Positions 1 through 12,360 of a DNA stretch of 57,013 nucleotides are shown here, in pieces (the first letter of the stretch is position 1; each line of letters starts with the position of its first letter). The DNA is from Chiloscyllium plagiosum (Eukaryota). A model generated the notes under the pieces. The model saw only the letters and a list, made by a program, of their open reading frames with translations. It ran no database searches and had not been told where the DNA came from. The stretch spans positions 4,808,155-4,865,167 of the forward strand of contig NC_057755.1 in assembly GCF_004010195.1 (NCBI RefSeq), read 5' to 3'. The position numbers and the translations under genes were made by a program.

Positions 1-56
1 CCGGCAACACATTTTCAGCTCCGATCTCCAGCATCTGCAGACCTCACTTTCTCCTC
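1..56. mobile_element. End of a short Penelope-derived terminal-repeat element, cut by the window edge
   Basis: 'ttttcagctccgatctccagcatctgcagacctcactttctcc' is near-identical to the end of the element at 55763-55981 and is the reverse complement of 37301-37345. Confidence 0.75.
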
Positions 57-59
57 GAG

Positions 60-870
60 GATCTCCAACCTGCGTTGTGTACATTGATGACCTGGAGATT
101 TTTAGTCACTCATAGAAGGAACATTTCCACCATCTACTGGACTTCTTCAATCGACTTCAGAGGGCAGGCTTGGGGGTAAACCTAGCTAAAAGTGAATTTG
201 CCAAAGCCCAAGTCTCTGACCTGGGTGATGTTATTGGACATGGACAAATAGCCCCACGGGATGTGAAAACGAACGTAAATGGTGGGTTTCGCGCACTTTC
301 AATGAAAAGAGCAGTACTCCAGTTCCTGTGATTGGGTCTGTTTTACCGAAAGTTTGTGACAAATTTTAGCCGAATGGCTGCTCCACTCACCGAATTGTTG
401 AAAAACCAAGGAATTTCAGTGGACAGCATTCGACAGCCTAAAAACTGTGTTAGTCACTGCCCCAATGTTAGCCAAACCTGATTTTGTGAATCCTTTCAAG
501 TTGGCTATTGATGCCTGTGATGTAGGTGTCAGTGTGGTTCTCTTGCAGGAGGGTGACGAGGGAATAGAAAGACCCATTGGGTATTTTTTCAGGATGTTGA
601 ACGTTTATCAACACAAATATTCTACAGTTGAGAAAGAGACTTTGAGCTTGGTGTTGCCATTAAGACATTTCGATGTTTATTTTGCCAGCAACGCATCTGA
701 TGCAATCGTATACATTGATAATAATCCGTTGACATTTGTGGAGAAATTTAAGGAAAAATGCCTGATTGTAGCGATACAGCTTGTTGTTGCAGTCATCCAA
801 TTTGACATTTGTGCAAGGAGCGCATCATGAACATATGGTTGCCAATGCACTGGCGGGACTCGATGATATG
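60..870 (+). mobile_element. Decayed Gypsy (Gmr1-like) pol: RT C-terminus and RNase H
   Basis: YIDD at 80-91 (VVYIDDLEIFSHS*). ORF 447-830 carries the RNase H motifs DACDVG..VLLQ, RPIGYF, YSTVEKETL and YIDNNPL. 'HMVANALAGL' resembles the NxVADALSR end. Stops and frameshifts are present. Confidence 0.9.
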
Positions 871-954
871 CGAAGGTGTTTGCTGGTGGGTGTGCCACGG
901 CCTGAATTCGAAATTGGTTGTGCATGCGTTCATGTGTATAGTCATGTGTATAGT

Positions 955-981
955 GTGTGCATGTGTGTGTGTGTGTGTGTG
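955..981. repeat. (TG)n microsatellite
   Basis: Directly visible dinucleotide run. Confidence 0.9.
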
Positions 982-1064
982 TTTCAGCATACTAACCATT
1001 TTTTGAGGGGTTTTAAAATGAAGCCATCTTTGCACATCAATGGTTCTATTTTTAAGGTGGGAGG

Positions 1065-1736
1065 TGGCACAAAGGTAGTCCTTTGTTTAAAAAAAAATTG
1101 TTTTTTTCCTTCTCTCAAGGATACCGTGCCCTTGTTTTCTTTTCAGAGGTGACGTTAAACATCCCAGGCTCCGATTAGGCTGAAGTGGTACAGAGATGAA
1201 AAGGGTACTGGGAGACCTTTTTTGCTTATATGCAAACAAATCGGTCTTCAGACCAAAGCTTGCAAGTTTTAGAAGCAACATGTATAATGAAAGGGGAGTG
1301 GTCAGTTCAGAAAGCTGAAGTCTTGTTTTTAGTCAGTTCGGTAGTGCTGTGTGTGAAGAAGGGCTGCTGAAGACAGTCAGTTGAGACTGGAACATCTCTC
1401 TCTCCTTCTGCCCTTCTAACTTCGACCTGTAAGCCTCTGCTTCATTTTTACTCCGGGTTTGGCGAATTTGCTCATGGTATCTGTTGTGTATGTTTGGAAC
1501 CGCATAATTAAGTCTAGTTTGGATCGACTGAGTTCTGTGGGTATTTTGTATTCTGTTCTTTGTGTCTTATTCCGTAATTTTGTGAATACACTTTTGTCTG
1601 TTTTAAATCCTTGTAGTCAACGTAGCTGACCTACTCCGGGTAACTTTCACTGTTCTCGCGCCAAAACAAATAGCAAAGCTACAGTCTAGGCTGCCTGCTT
1701 AAAAATGTTTGGAGTAATCTGACGTTGTCCATAACG
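1065..1736 (+). mobile_element. 3' LTR of the Gypsy element, preceded by a polypurine tract (1054-1064)
   Basis: 'aaggtgggagg' is followed by TG..caaag and the LTR ends '..gtccataac'. Alignable to the LTR copies at 6306-6926, 35101-40866 and 50973-51857. Confidence 0.85.
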
Positions 1737-2109
1737 CATTAAATAGCATTATCTCTGGTCCGACAGTCCTCACACACGCACATTTCTCACCATTCCCCAT
1801 AAGAGTTAATCCCCAACTGCTCAAACATCTGTCTCTTTCAGCCTTAAATCTACAGGGAGTGCAGCCAAACCAGTCCATGTGATTGGTACTCCAAAGACAA
1901 CCCGCTGAGCGAAGAAATCCCTTTTCATCTCCGTCCTAACTGGATGCCTCTTAATCCACGCACTCGCATAAGGACAGCTCCAACAACACACAGGAAGCTT
2001 AACAGCATCCAGGACAAGATATGGGAGAGTCAGTGTTGGACTGAGGGGCCAAAGTTAAAAATCACACAACCCAGATTATAGTGTGATGTTGTTCCACCTG
2101 ATGTAGGTA

Positions 2110-2455
2110 CAGAGATCCACTCCCTTCACCACCGGCACTCAGTAGAAGCCGTGTGTACTATCCCCAAATCCACAAAAGATCCTCTGGCAGCACCTTCCAA
2201 ACTCACAGCAACTTCCACCTCGAAGGAAACGAGCAGCAGATACACGGGAACACCGCTCGCTGCAAGTTCCTCTCCAAAAGAATCATCAACCTGACTTGAA
2301 AACATATTGCCTTTGCTTTTGTGTCACCATGTCAAAGTCCTGGAATTCCCTGTCTGAGGGCTTTGTGGGTAAGCCGACATTACGTGGAAAAGAAGACGGA
2401 CCACCACCAATTTCTCAAAAGGCAAATAAGCATAGGAAATAAAAGCTGGCCAAGG
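2110..2455 (+). mobile_element. Decayed 3' end of a CR1/L2-superfamily LINE (second family)
   Basis: Same 3' sequence family as ~7015-7380, 30690-30900, 44400-44670 and 50060-50270; RT-coding relatives lie at 11380-12360. Confidence 0.6.
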
Positions 2456-3842
2456 CGCAATTCTGCGCTATTGCACAAAGCAAATAAACTGACCTGTTAA
2501 GTTGCGCTCATGAAATTGATTAAAACGAGTTGTGGATTTAAATTCCTTCTATGACTATTCTCGTTTATCCCAATTCAGTTTTCTAATTCATAGCAATGCA
2601 ATGCCTTTATTGACGCAGAAATAACTTTACGGAGACCGGCATCCAATCATCAAACCATCTTTTGCTCAATACACTGGCTTTGACCAAACAGCTCAAAGCC
2701 ATTTCGAAAAATGAGAAGAATTTCCAGGTTAATTTGTTTTTTTTAAGCGCTGCAAGCAAATATTCTTCAGGCACGGGCTATTTTCTTCCATCACCATTGA
2801 AATAACTGCACAAAAGCCAGTACCCCATCACCAAACCACCCTTTATTTGCACTTGCAACGTATTTGACTCTGGCCCAGTTTCCGCAGAGTCTGCTCTCAC
2901 CTTGAACAAAAGACCTGGCACTCCTGTTTATATCTGTCAGTCAGGACGCCCTAATTGAACCAGGACAACTGACCCAATCAGAAACTTATTTTGCATGTAG
3001 TCCATCTGTCTGAATTCGTTCTAATCACTGTACTGCCCTCATCCCAGTTGACATTCTAACTCCCAACGTGCCTGGCACCTTTGCAAACTAACCATCCTGC
3101 ACCCTACTGATCTGGCACCCCATGTCATTATCGATCGGGCACATTTCTCTGAAACCACTGTCGTATCTCAGTTGCTGCATTAGAATACAGTTCTGACCAG
3201 GAAATATTTGTCAGTGCTGAAGCATTGTTTCGCCATCATGAGAGTTCCCTGAATGGTTTTCCTGTCAGAAACGCAGAGCTCCACTCTTTCATTCCAAAGA
3301 AATGGGACTGAGTGGCAAGACGTGTGAGCTTCCCACTTACGACAAAATCTATTCGTGTTTTGTTGGTGGAAAAGGTAGTAATAAATGAAAAGCTATGCTC
3401 AGTATAGCACCAAAAGTCTTTTCAAACTGTAGTGCATTGTTCTGAGTTTCAAAAATATTTCAAAGTCAGTCTTTTAACTTTTAACTTGGTTTCATTATTT
3501 TTCTACTTATTACCAAGGACTGGAATGGTTGACCTGGAACTTTGAGTCTTTCTTTTCCCAACATTTAACATAAGACTTTGTACCAAGGTATCTTTTACCT
3601 CAGAAGGAGCTCGGAATGCTATCATTGTACACTTTTTGGTGCATTCACATATTTCTGAATTTGAGTAGACATGACAATAAAATTTAATTTCAATTCTCAA
3701 ATAATTAGTGACATGTTATTCTTCAATCTAGATTCTACTGCGTAATAGCCCTCAGAAGCAATTTGTTAATTTGCTACTTGTTCAAGTTACTGTAACTAAT
3801 TTAATTCTGGCTCATCCAGATTTGAAGTCTCACTGGAACTTC

Positions 3843-3851
3843 TAAATAAAA
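3843..3851 (+). promoter_or_regulatory. Putative TATA-like element of GPCR gene 1
   Basis: TAAATAAAA ~90 bp upstream of ATG 3935. TATA-like boxes sit at similar distances upstream of genes 2 and 3. Confidence 0.4.
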
Positions 3852-3934
3852 GGATGTTGTGTTGACAATGTTATTGTAATCCGGCAGACAGAATTATTGA
3901 CTCCACAATAACAGAAGGATTTGACTGGGACAGA

Positions 3935-4004
3935 ATGAGACATTCAGCAACCTCACAGGTAGCACGAATTTACTTCCCAATACTTGCAGCTGTTGGCATT
4001 ATTG
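3935..4004 (+). CDS. GPR139/GPR142-related orphan GPCR gene 1, coding exon 1 (MRHSATSQVARIYFPILAAVGII)
   Basis: ATG, 23 codons plus 1 nt, then G|GTACGT donor. The phase-1 junction fits exon 2 at 8038, and the exon supplies the first half of TM1. Confidence 0.85.
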
Positions 4005-4089
4005 GTACGTCCCTAATTCCAATTATGATTGTGTAACATCTGTTTAACTTCACTCCCTAATTCTTGATTGAAGTTTGAGATACCTTTTA

Positions 4090-4348
4090 TAGCACTAGGA
4101 AGCTGGGTTCAATTCCACCCTCGGGCGACTCTGCGTCTGCGTGGGTGTCCTCCAGGTGCTCCGGTATGCTCTCACGATCTAATGTTGTACAAGTTAGGTG
4201 AATTGATGATGCTAAATTGACCATAGTGTTCAGGGATGTGTGCCTTAGTCAGCGGTAAATGTCGGGTAGGGGTATGGGTCGGTTTCCCTTCGGAGGGTCA
4301 GCGTGGACTTGTTGGACGAATGGACTGCCTCCACACTGTGGGGAGTCA
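4090..4348 (+). mobile_element. HE1-like V-SINE in the gene 1 intron
   Basis: B-box-like 'gggttcaattcc', V-domain 'tctgcgtgggtgtcctccaggtgctccgg..gctaaattg' and a CR1-like tail. Absent from the paralogous copies at 44.0 and 46.1 kb. Confidence 0.8.
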
Positions 4349-4624
4349 ACGTTCATAATTTCTTTCCATCCATCTGGTCAAGCACGTGTATTTATAATTT
4401 TTTTTTACAGACGACTTAATTCGAATGCTGAGCAGACTGAGTCAGCATTTATTTCTCAACCCGAGTCACAATTGTGAAGCTGGTGGTGAACTTTCTTCTC
4501 AAACCATTCCACAAAGACTGGCGTAAAAGCACTCACAGAGAGTCATAGAGTAATACAGGGTGGATACAGGCACTTCAGTCCAATTCATCCATGCCTTCCA
4601 GGTTTTCTGAACTGAGCTACTCCT

Positions 4625-5365
4625 GCAGCAGGACTTTTCCGCTTAATTGTCACGTCCCAGGGAGTGTTGCTGAACAAAGAGTCATTGGAGTGCAGGTTCG
4701 TGGCTCCTTGAAAGTAGAGTCACAGATAAATAGGATAGCAACGAAGGCTTTTAATATGCTTTCTTTTATTGGTCAGATTATTGAGTGCGAGTGTTGGGAG
4801 GTCATGTTGCGGCTGTACAGGACATTGGTGAGGCCACTTTTGGAATATTGCGTGCAATTATGGTCTTCTTTCTATCAGAAGGATGTTGTGAAACTTGAAA
4901 GGGTTTACAAGGATGTTGCCAGGGTCGGAGAATTTGAGATATAGGGAGGGGTTGAATAGGCTGGGGCTGTTTTTCCTGAGTTGGAGGCTGCGGGTGACCT
5001 CATAGAGGTTTATAAAATCATGAGGGTCATGGATAGGGTAAATATACGAGGTATTTTCCCTGGGGTTGTTGAGTCTAGAACTAGATGGCATTGGTTTAGG
5101 GTAAGAGGGGAAAGATATAAAAGAGACCTCAGGGGCAAGGTTTTCATGAAAATGGAGGTGCGTGTGTGGAATGGGCTGACAGAGGAAGTGGAGGAGGCTA
5201 GTACAATTCTAACGTTTGAAAGGCATCTGAATGGTTATATGAATAGGAAAGGTTTGGAGGGAATTGGGCCAAGTGCTGGTAGGTGGGACTAGATTAGGTT
5301 GGGATATCTGGTCGGCATGCTCGACTTGGATTTAAGGGTCTGTTTCAGTGCTGTACATCCTCTGA
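4625..5365 (+). mobile_element. CR1/HER1-type LINE 3' fragment
   Basis: RT C-terminal motifs LYRTLVRPLLEYCVQLWS, GDLIEVYKIM and VRVWNGL, followed by a CR1 3' UTR. Confidence 0.9.
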
Positions 5366-6305
5366 ACCTCTTTCAAGTCCAACACATGCTCCCTCAGACA
5401 CCGGGCCCAAGCTTAATGAACATATCGTGAGTGAGTTGTGAAATGTACACTAATGAGTAAGGGATGTTGATGAGTAAATGGAACTTTAACTTTTATTACA
5501 CATGTGAGTAGACAATTGTAGTTTTGCATGTGGAATATATCTAAGGGAACAGATGAAGAGAGCTCACAATATGCTATGTTTCAAACAAGCAACTGCAGTT
5601 GTTGATGCAGAGCCAGCTGGATTAGGACACTCTTGATCATGCTGTGAGAATATGGTTTAACGTCTGAGATCCATCATCAACAGGTATACTTTGGTGTGTA
5701 TTTCCAGATGCTTATAATTATAAATTTTCAATTAATTATAAAGTTTGACTATGTATGCATACACCTAAAAAACATCCAATAAGCATTCAAGAGATTCCAA
5801 GAATATCCTCTGGACATGACAGTTTCAGAGAGTAATGGAGAGCCTGCATTCTGTTGCAGGAGGATTGAATGACAAGTGTGGAAGTCAACAGTACTCGTAT
5901 GTGTTTAAGTACAGCACGCATTGTGAAGTAACCAAGTGGTATGGGCTTCGGGAAACATCATGAGATTATAGAACACTGAGGGCCTTCCATAAAGGTTGTC
6001 GATCACTGACCATACAGCCGTGTTAGTAAGTCAACTGGGTGCATCGTTAAGTAATTATTAATATGTTCGACCTGCAATTACTAAAGGAGAGACAAAATAA
6101 ATATGTAATTTTTTTATTCCTTTGTTCATTGAAGAAGTTCTTGAACTCCAGAGGTCTCTTCTTGCCAATGCAACATCAAAAAAGCTCTTTGATACTGGAA
6201 GTGGACTCTGGATATTGAGTGATTTATTTAGTCATTTCGCCCTGACACCACAGCTCAGTTCACGTCGAGAAACCTAACCATTACAGGTAAAAGATACTTT
6301 AACTC

Positions 6306-6926
6306 TGTTATGGACTAGGCCAGACCACTCAAAACATTCTTAAGCAGTCAGCCCAGACAATAACTTTGCACGTAGTTTCCGTAAGTGTACAGTGAAACTT
6401 ACCCAGTTTAAGTTAGTGAAGTTGACTACCAGATGTAAAACAGACAAAACAGTTATTCACAAAATTACACAATGAAACACGAAGAACAGAATAAAGAACA
6501 CGACAGAAATTTGTCTATCCAAGCTAGACTTTATCTGTTGTTCCAAACAGTCACAATAAGCAAACCCACTTTAAAATGCAGAACTAAAAAAAAGGTTAGA
6601 TGATTGCAGGTTGAAGTCAGAAAAGAGAGTTTCCACACAGCTCATTGTTGAACCCCTGACCAGATCTGGACTGAACTAAATTGCTCAGCTAGAGAGTTGA
6701 CCACTCCTTTTTTATTCTACTGCTCACTTCAAAAACATGGCCAGTTTGGCCTGAAGTCTCATCGGTTTACATACAAACAAAAGGCCTCTCAAACTCCTTT
6801 TCATCTCTGTACCAAACCAGTCTGATCGGAGCCCGGCCTGGTTTATTACCCCTCCGAAAAAAGTCAAGCACAGTGTCTCCTTGAGCTAAGGAACAGCTTT
6901 TAGGGGGAACAAACAGCTTTGTAACA
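6306..6926 (-). mobile_element. Solo Gypsy LTR in the gene 1 intron
   Basis: TGTTA...TAACA inverted termini; the reverse complement aligns with 1065-1736. Confidence 0.85.
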
Positions 6927-7014
6927 ATACTAATTTATACATTCAGAATGAAGTTTGAAATCTGACTATTCCTTATCTTCATTCCTGTGTGTCATGTAAC
7001 CATCACTCACTGAC

Positions 7015-7380
7015 GAGCATTTGTTACCCATGCCTAATTGCCCCTTGCGAATATGGAGGTAAGCTGAATTTTTGGTCTGCTGTAGTGCCCCTCCTGTGGT
7101 TTAAACTACAACAATTTGAGGGAGGAAATTCCAGAATTTTGACCCAGTGACAGTGAAGGAAAGGTGTTGTGTTACCAAGTCAGGATGGGGAATTGCGTGG
7201 ATGGGAACGTGCAGTGGGTGGTGGCATTCCTATGTATTTGTGACGTTTGTCCTTTTAAGTGCAAGTATTTAAAGGCGTGTTAAGTGCTGTCTACGAAGCT
7301 TTGGTATAATTCTGCAGGACACACTGGTCTTGGAGAGGTTGGATGTATTTTTCTGAATGTGATGCCAATGAAGCAGGCTG
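7015..7380 (-). mobile_element. Decayed LINE 3' end (same family as 2110-2455)
   Basis: Reverse-complement similarity to 2110-2455 and 30690-30900. Confidence 0.55.
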
Positions 7381-8037
7381 CAATCACAACTTCCAGTTAT
7401 AGTATTACTGTTCTGACAATGTATTGCATTTACAAACTTACATAATGCTTCTCAGCTGCTCCTGCGTTTCCTCATTTTACTCCAGCCTCCCTGATCGACG
7501 GCTCCTTCAGTTTTGTGACCAGCACAAGTAAGAAACCATGACTTTCTTCAGTCATAGGCCAGTCCAATAATCTAAACCTCATAATCAACTGTGTCAATTG
7601 CCCTTCACAAAGTGTATAATGTCGTGGATGCTCATGTGCTATGTTTCTAATTGGGTTTATTGATATAAAATAACTTCTCTCTATTGGTATTTTGATTTAA
7701 TTTTGTCCATTACCAGTTTGGTAAGCGTGAAAAATCTGTTAAACGTTTTGTTGAATCTGCCAACATAGCATGCTTGCATTAGAATATATCATGCCATGCA
7801 GTCATTTTACCCTCAATTAGTTATTTACTTATTCTGTGTGTCTATTTTTGTCAAAGCAAATCATTATTTTATTCTGTGCTTGCTTGCATCAATCATTACA
7901 TTGCAAGGTATCACCATCTGTGGTGCAACTGAGTTAAGAGATTAATATGAGGCAATTGTTATTATTTAGCACATGTTCAGCCGATGTTTTTGGTATGACT
8001 TGCGTCATAAAGAGGTATATCTTTATTTTTCATACAG

Positions 8038-8987
8038 TTAACTCCGTGGGAATTGTGATCCTGAATCGAGGCAATTGTGGACTCTCCAAATGCATCACTC
8101 GCTATTTGTTGGCAATGTCTACAGCAGACTTACTACTTGTCATTCTTAACGTCTTACTTGACCGAATTAACATTCTTTATTTCCCAGTTAATTTCTTATT
8201 CATCACTCCTGTGTGCTCTTTGAGAGTCGGTCTGTACTTTGCAGCCCTGGACTGTTCAGTTTGGTTCACGGTTGCTTTCACATTTGATCGGTTTGTAGCA
8301 ATTTGTTGTCAGACGCTAAGAACAAGATATTGTCATCAGAGAACTGCATTTGTGGCTATAATAACTGTGAGTGCAGTCAGCTGTTTGCGGTCAATTACAT
8401 GGTATTTTGCATTTACACCTTTATTTGTTATTGACAATGTGCCATGGTTTTGTATTGCAATACCAGATTATTATACATCATTGTTTTGGAAAATGTTTGT
8501 GTGGATTGACACGATAATTACACCATTGCTTCCAATTGTATTGATTTTGGCATTCAATTCTCTGACTGTCAGGCATATTATAACAGCCAACCGCATCCGC
8601 TGTCGCCTGCAGAACCAGGGAAATGGGCAGAATAATACTGATCCACAGTTGGTAAACCGGAGAAAATCCATCATCTTGCTCTTTGCATTGTCTGCTAATT
8701 TTATATTGTTGTGGATGACGCATGTCGTACGCTCTTTCAACTGGCAAGAAGTAAACTATAATTATGAAGATAAAACTTTTAATGATCCAATATTTGTTTT
8801 TCAAGAAATTGGATTCATGCTACGGCTTCTGAATTCCTGCACTAACACCTGCATTTATGCTCTAACACAAACTAAATTCAGAGAGGAATTAATCAATGGA
8901 GTAAAATATCCATTTGCTCTAATTGTCAAAATATGCAAATCATCCAACAGGTCTGACCTCTCTTTGAAAATGCATTTACAATCATAA
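8038..8987 (+). CDS. GPR139/GPR142-related orphan class A GPCR gene 1, coding exon 2 (spliced product 339 aa)
   Basis: Acceptor 'ctttatttttcatacag|'. Open frame with the remaining TM segments: LLAMSTADLL, PVC, FTFDRFVAICC, DNVPWFC, TPLLP, RRKSIILLF..FILLW, NSCTNTCIY and KFREEL helix 8. The ORF-track start at 7947 is intronic read-through. Confidence 0.93.
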
Positions 8988-9609
8988 AACAGAATCCCCA
9001 ATTTGAAACTGATTGTGGAATTTCCCTTGATGCATCAGATTTCCATGCCCTAGTAATTGGAAAGAAGCCTCTCAGCCACTCAAATGGGAAATAGAGTGTT
9101 CTGCATAAGAATTAACAAGTTGAAATTAGAATAATATTTCAACGAGATAGAGTATCTGTAAAGGACGGTGCGGGTTAAAAGGCTGAGTCTTTGTTTTTGC
9201 GTTCCATTTTTCCTATTTCTAATTTCTTGCACCAATGCAATTCTTCATGAATAAGTTTATGTTCTTGTGCTGAAAGGACAGTGGAAGCCTTATGTGAATG
9301 TGTTCCACGACGAACTACCAGGGCAACTAAATGCAAAGATTAAACTGACAATCTTCCAAAATGCTTTCATCAGGGATTTAATTTAACTGACATTAATAGC
9401 ACCTGGGACCATTACATTCGATATTCAAAACAGTTTGGCATAATTCACGTTCAGTCTCAAGGCTTCTTTTCTAAAACCAACTTGTCCGTTTATTGCACAC
9501 CATTACCCTAACATCTGTCTTTTAATACCTCATTGTCGGCACTCCAGAACCTTCTTCATTGGGTGTGCCTTGCATTTCTTTTAGCTGTTATACAGTTGCC
9601 AGTTGTGGT

Positions 9610-10200
9610 TTGTGGTGCAATGATAACAATCTCTCTCTCAACGTTGTACAACAAACCAACTGGCCATTGACCTCAGGAAGAAAAGAAGAGGATAAGCCCC
9701 TACCTACATCAAGGGATTTGAAGTGGAGATGTTCGAAGGCATTACGTTCCAATGACTGTCCATAACCTACATGCTTCACAGATCGATGCTATCGGCAAGA
9801 AGGCACAACAACGCCTCATCATCCACAGGCAGCTTCAGAAATTCAGCAGGTACACAAAGACCGCCTCCAACCTTTGCAGATACACGATCGAACATATTTC
9901 ATCAAGCAGCCTGGGTAACAGCCTGGTCCAGCCACCGCTCTGTGCAGGACAATAAAAATAAAAAACTACAGAAAGTTGTTTGCACAAACCGGGACCATCA
10001 CGGAAGCCAGAGACTCCATTTTAAAACTTCTCGTTGTTCAGGAAAGGCTGCCAACATCATCAAATGCCCCTCCCACCCCAGTAATGCTCTCGTTCAGTCT
10101 CTTCCATCAGGGAGATGATGCATAAGCCCTTGAACACTTGCAGCAACAATTTCAAGGAGATTTTCTTCTTTCCCCCCGTTGTTAAGTTGATGATTGCACT
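9610..10200 (+). mobile_element. Rex1/Babar-like LINE 3' fragment, decayed
   Basis: Peptide pieces WCNDNNLSLNV, KKAQQRL, TIEHI, KKLQKVV and AANIIKCPSHP..LPSGR. Confidence 0.75.
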
Positions 10201-10819
10201 TCTCCGACGTCATATAATGTTGATCTTGCCATGTTTGATTTTGCTTTGCTCATCGCTTATGCAGTCCCAACCTTGTAGGCCTCAGTTCGTCAAAGCAACC
10301 TGTGAGCTACATGTCCTTCTTTGCTCTGATCTGCCTCTACTGTTCATAAAACAAAACTTTTCACTGTATGTGACTACAATAAAACAAATCAAATCAGTAT
10401 CTATTTCCAATTTCAACTCTTTATTGTTACTTTGTCCAATTTTTTTCCAGGCATATTGAAGTAATGCACACAGCGGCCTGCATCTAAGATGAAAAGCTCT
10501 CTGAACATTGAAACTGAGTACTGAGATTCACTGTTTAATCCTGACCACTGACACTAATTATACTGAAAGTTCTTGGCCATTGAGGCACATTGTTAAGAGA
10601 ATCCTGACCCAGCCAGTGTGTGTTGAAATAAAAGTGCACAAAGTGTAAGAGCTCTTTGCTCAGAGGGTAAACACAGCGACCTACTCCTTACCGACTATGA
10701 AATTTACCACTTAAAGATTGAAATGGAACGGAATGTCAAGTGAGTGTGTTCAGTCATTCCTCTCTAACAGGGGATGCGTGACATTTGGTGGCTGAGTGGA
10801 ACATTGTGTAGAAGGTCGA

Positions 10820-11095
10820 CAAAACCATAAGGTGTTCATCGATAACAACAGGAGGAGGCTGTTCCACCCTCAAGCCGACTCCACCGTTCAAAATGATCAT
10901 GCTCAGTCAGCATTCCTCACGTCCACTTTCCTGACTTTTCCGCACGACTCTTCACTCTCTGAATGATGAAGAGTCTGTCTCTTTTCGCCTTAAATATTGA
11001 AGATGTACGCCCCAAAACTCTCTGCGAAAAGGAGATCCACAGAATCGCAACCCTCAGAGGGAAATAATAACTCCTTGTCTGACTCTTATAATGAC
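10820..11095 (-). mobile_element. CR1 LINE 3' fragment
   Basis: Minus-strand 'FPLRVAILWISFSQRV..IFKAKRDR' is the CR1 C-terminal FxQRVVxLWNxLP region. Confidence 0.65.
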
Positions 11096-11379
11096 ACCGC
11101 TTAATCAAATTGTCTGCATGAACGCCGCTCCAATAGCACTCAAGAAGCTTGATGCCCTGCAGGACAAAGCAGCCCCCACTTGTCACACATACACACACAC
11201 AGATGCACAAACACATAGACGCACGTATCGACGTGACAATCAATAGTATTGCCTTCAAAACAAGAGGGATTTATGGGGAGAGGAGTTTTGACCCCATTTC
11301 AACGTTTCAAATGCCAAAGCAACAGAGACACCATTACACTGAGATGCACACATCCCTGGATGGTGTCAGCTTCCAGAGT

Positions 11380-12360
11380 TTTTTTGGAGCTGGACCCATC
11401 CAGACAAGTGGGGAATAATCCATCACACTTCAGTCTTGTGCCTCCTAGGGAATGGATAGATTTTAGCGCGTCAGGGGGCGAGTTACTTGCTGCAGTATCC
11501 TTCGACTCTGATCTATTCTTGCAACTACTGCTTATGTGGTGAGTCCAATTGAGTTTCTGCTCAATGTAAATCCCAAGGATGTTGACAGTGAGGGATTCTC
11601 TGATGGTAATGTAGTTGAATGTCAAGGGGCAGTGGTAAGACTGTAAGAAGGCATGCCAGGAGCAGCACGACACTGAGGTATCACCCTGCGGAAGCTACCA
11701 AGTAGGACTACTTGCTTGCCAAACGGCACGAAAAGCAAGTGATAGACAGAGCTAAGCAATCCCACAACCAACGGATCAGGTGTAAGCTATGAAGCCTTTC
11801 CACATCCAGTGGGAGTGGTGGTGAACAATTAAGCAACTCACTGGAGAATGATGTTTCACAAATATCCACATCTTCAACGATGGGGGAGCCCAGAACATCA
11901 GAGCAAAAGGTACGGCTGATGCATTCGCAACAGTCTTCAGTCAGAAGCGCCAAGTGGGTGATCCATCTCCAGCTCCTCCAGTGGTCCCCAGCTTCGCAGA
12001 TACCCGTCTCCAGTCAAGTCGATAGACTCCACTGGATACTGCAAAGGCAATGGGCCCTAATAACATTCCAGCAATGGTACTGAAAACATGTGCTCCAGAA
12101 CTTGCTGATCACCAGTCAACACCGGCGTCTACCCAACAATGTAGAAACCTGCAACACAAAAATAGGATAGATCCAACCCGGCTAATTATGACCCAATCAG
12201 TCTACTCTCGATCATCAAGAAAGTGATAGGAGGAGTCATTAACAGTGTTATCAAGCAGCACCTACTCACTAATAACCTGCTCAGTGACGCCCAGTTTGGG
12301 TTTCGCCAGGGTCACTCAGCGCCTGACCTCTTTATAGTCTTGGTTTAGATATGGACAACA
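11380..12360. mobile_element. CR1/L2-superfamily LINE RT fragments in opposite orientations (about 11380-11645 minus, 11650-12360 plus)
   Basis: Plus strand: NYDPISLLSII..IKQHLLTNNLLSDAQFGFRQGHSAPDL (12184-12330). Minus strand: VNILGIYIEQKLNWTHHI. Confidence 0.75.

Noticed and set aside
6300..6932. TSD around the solo LTR
   Set aside because: The flanks (aactc / atact) do not match convincingly, so no TSD is claimed.
7947..8037. ORF-track N-terminal extensions of the GPCRs (also 18218-18278 and 21829-21940)
   Set aside because: They run through polypyrimidine tracts and AG acceptors and are not conserved between paralogues. Better-fitting first exons exist upstream.
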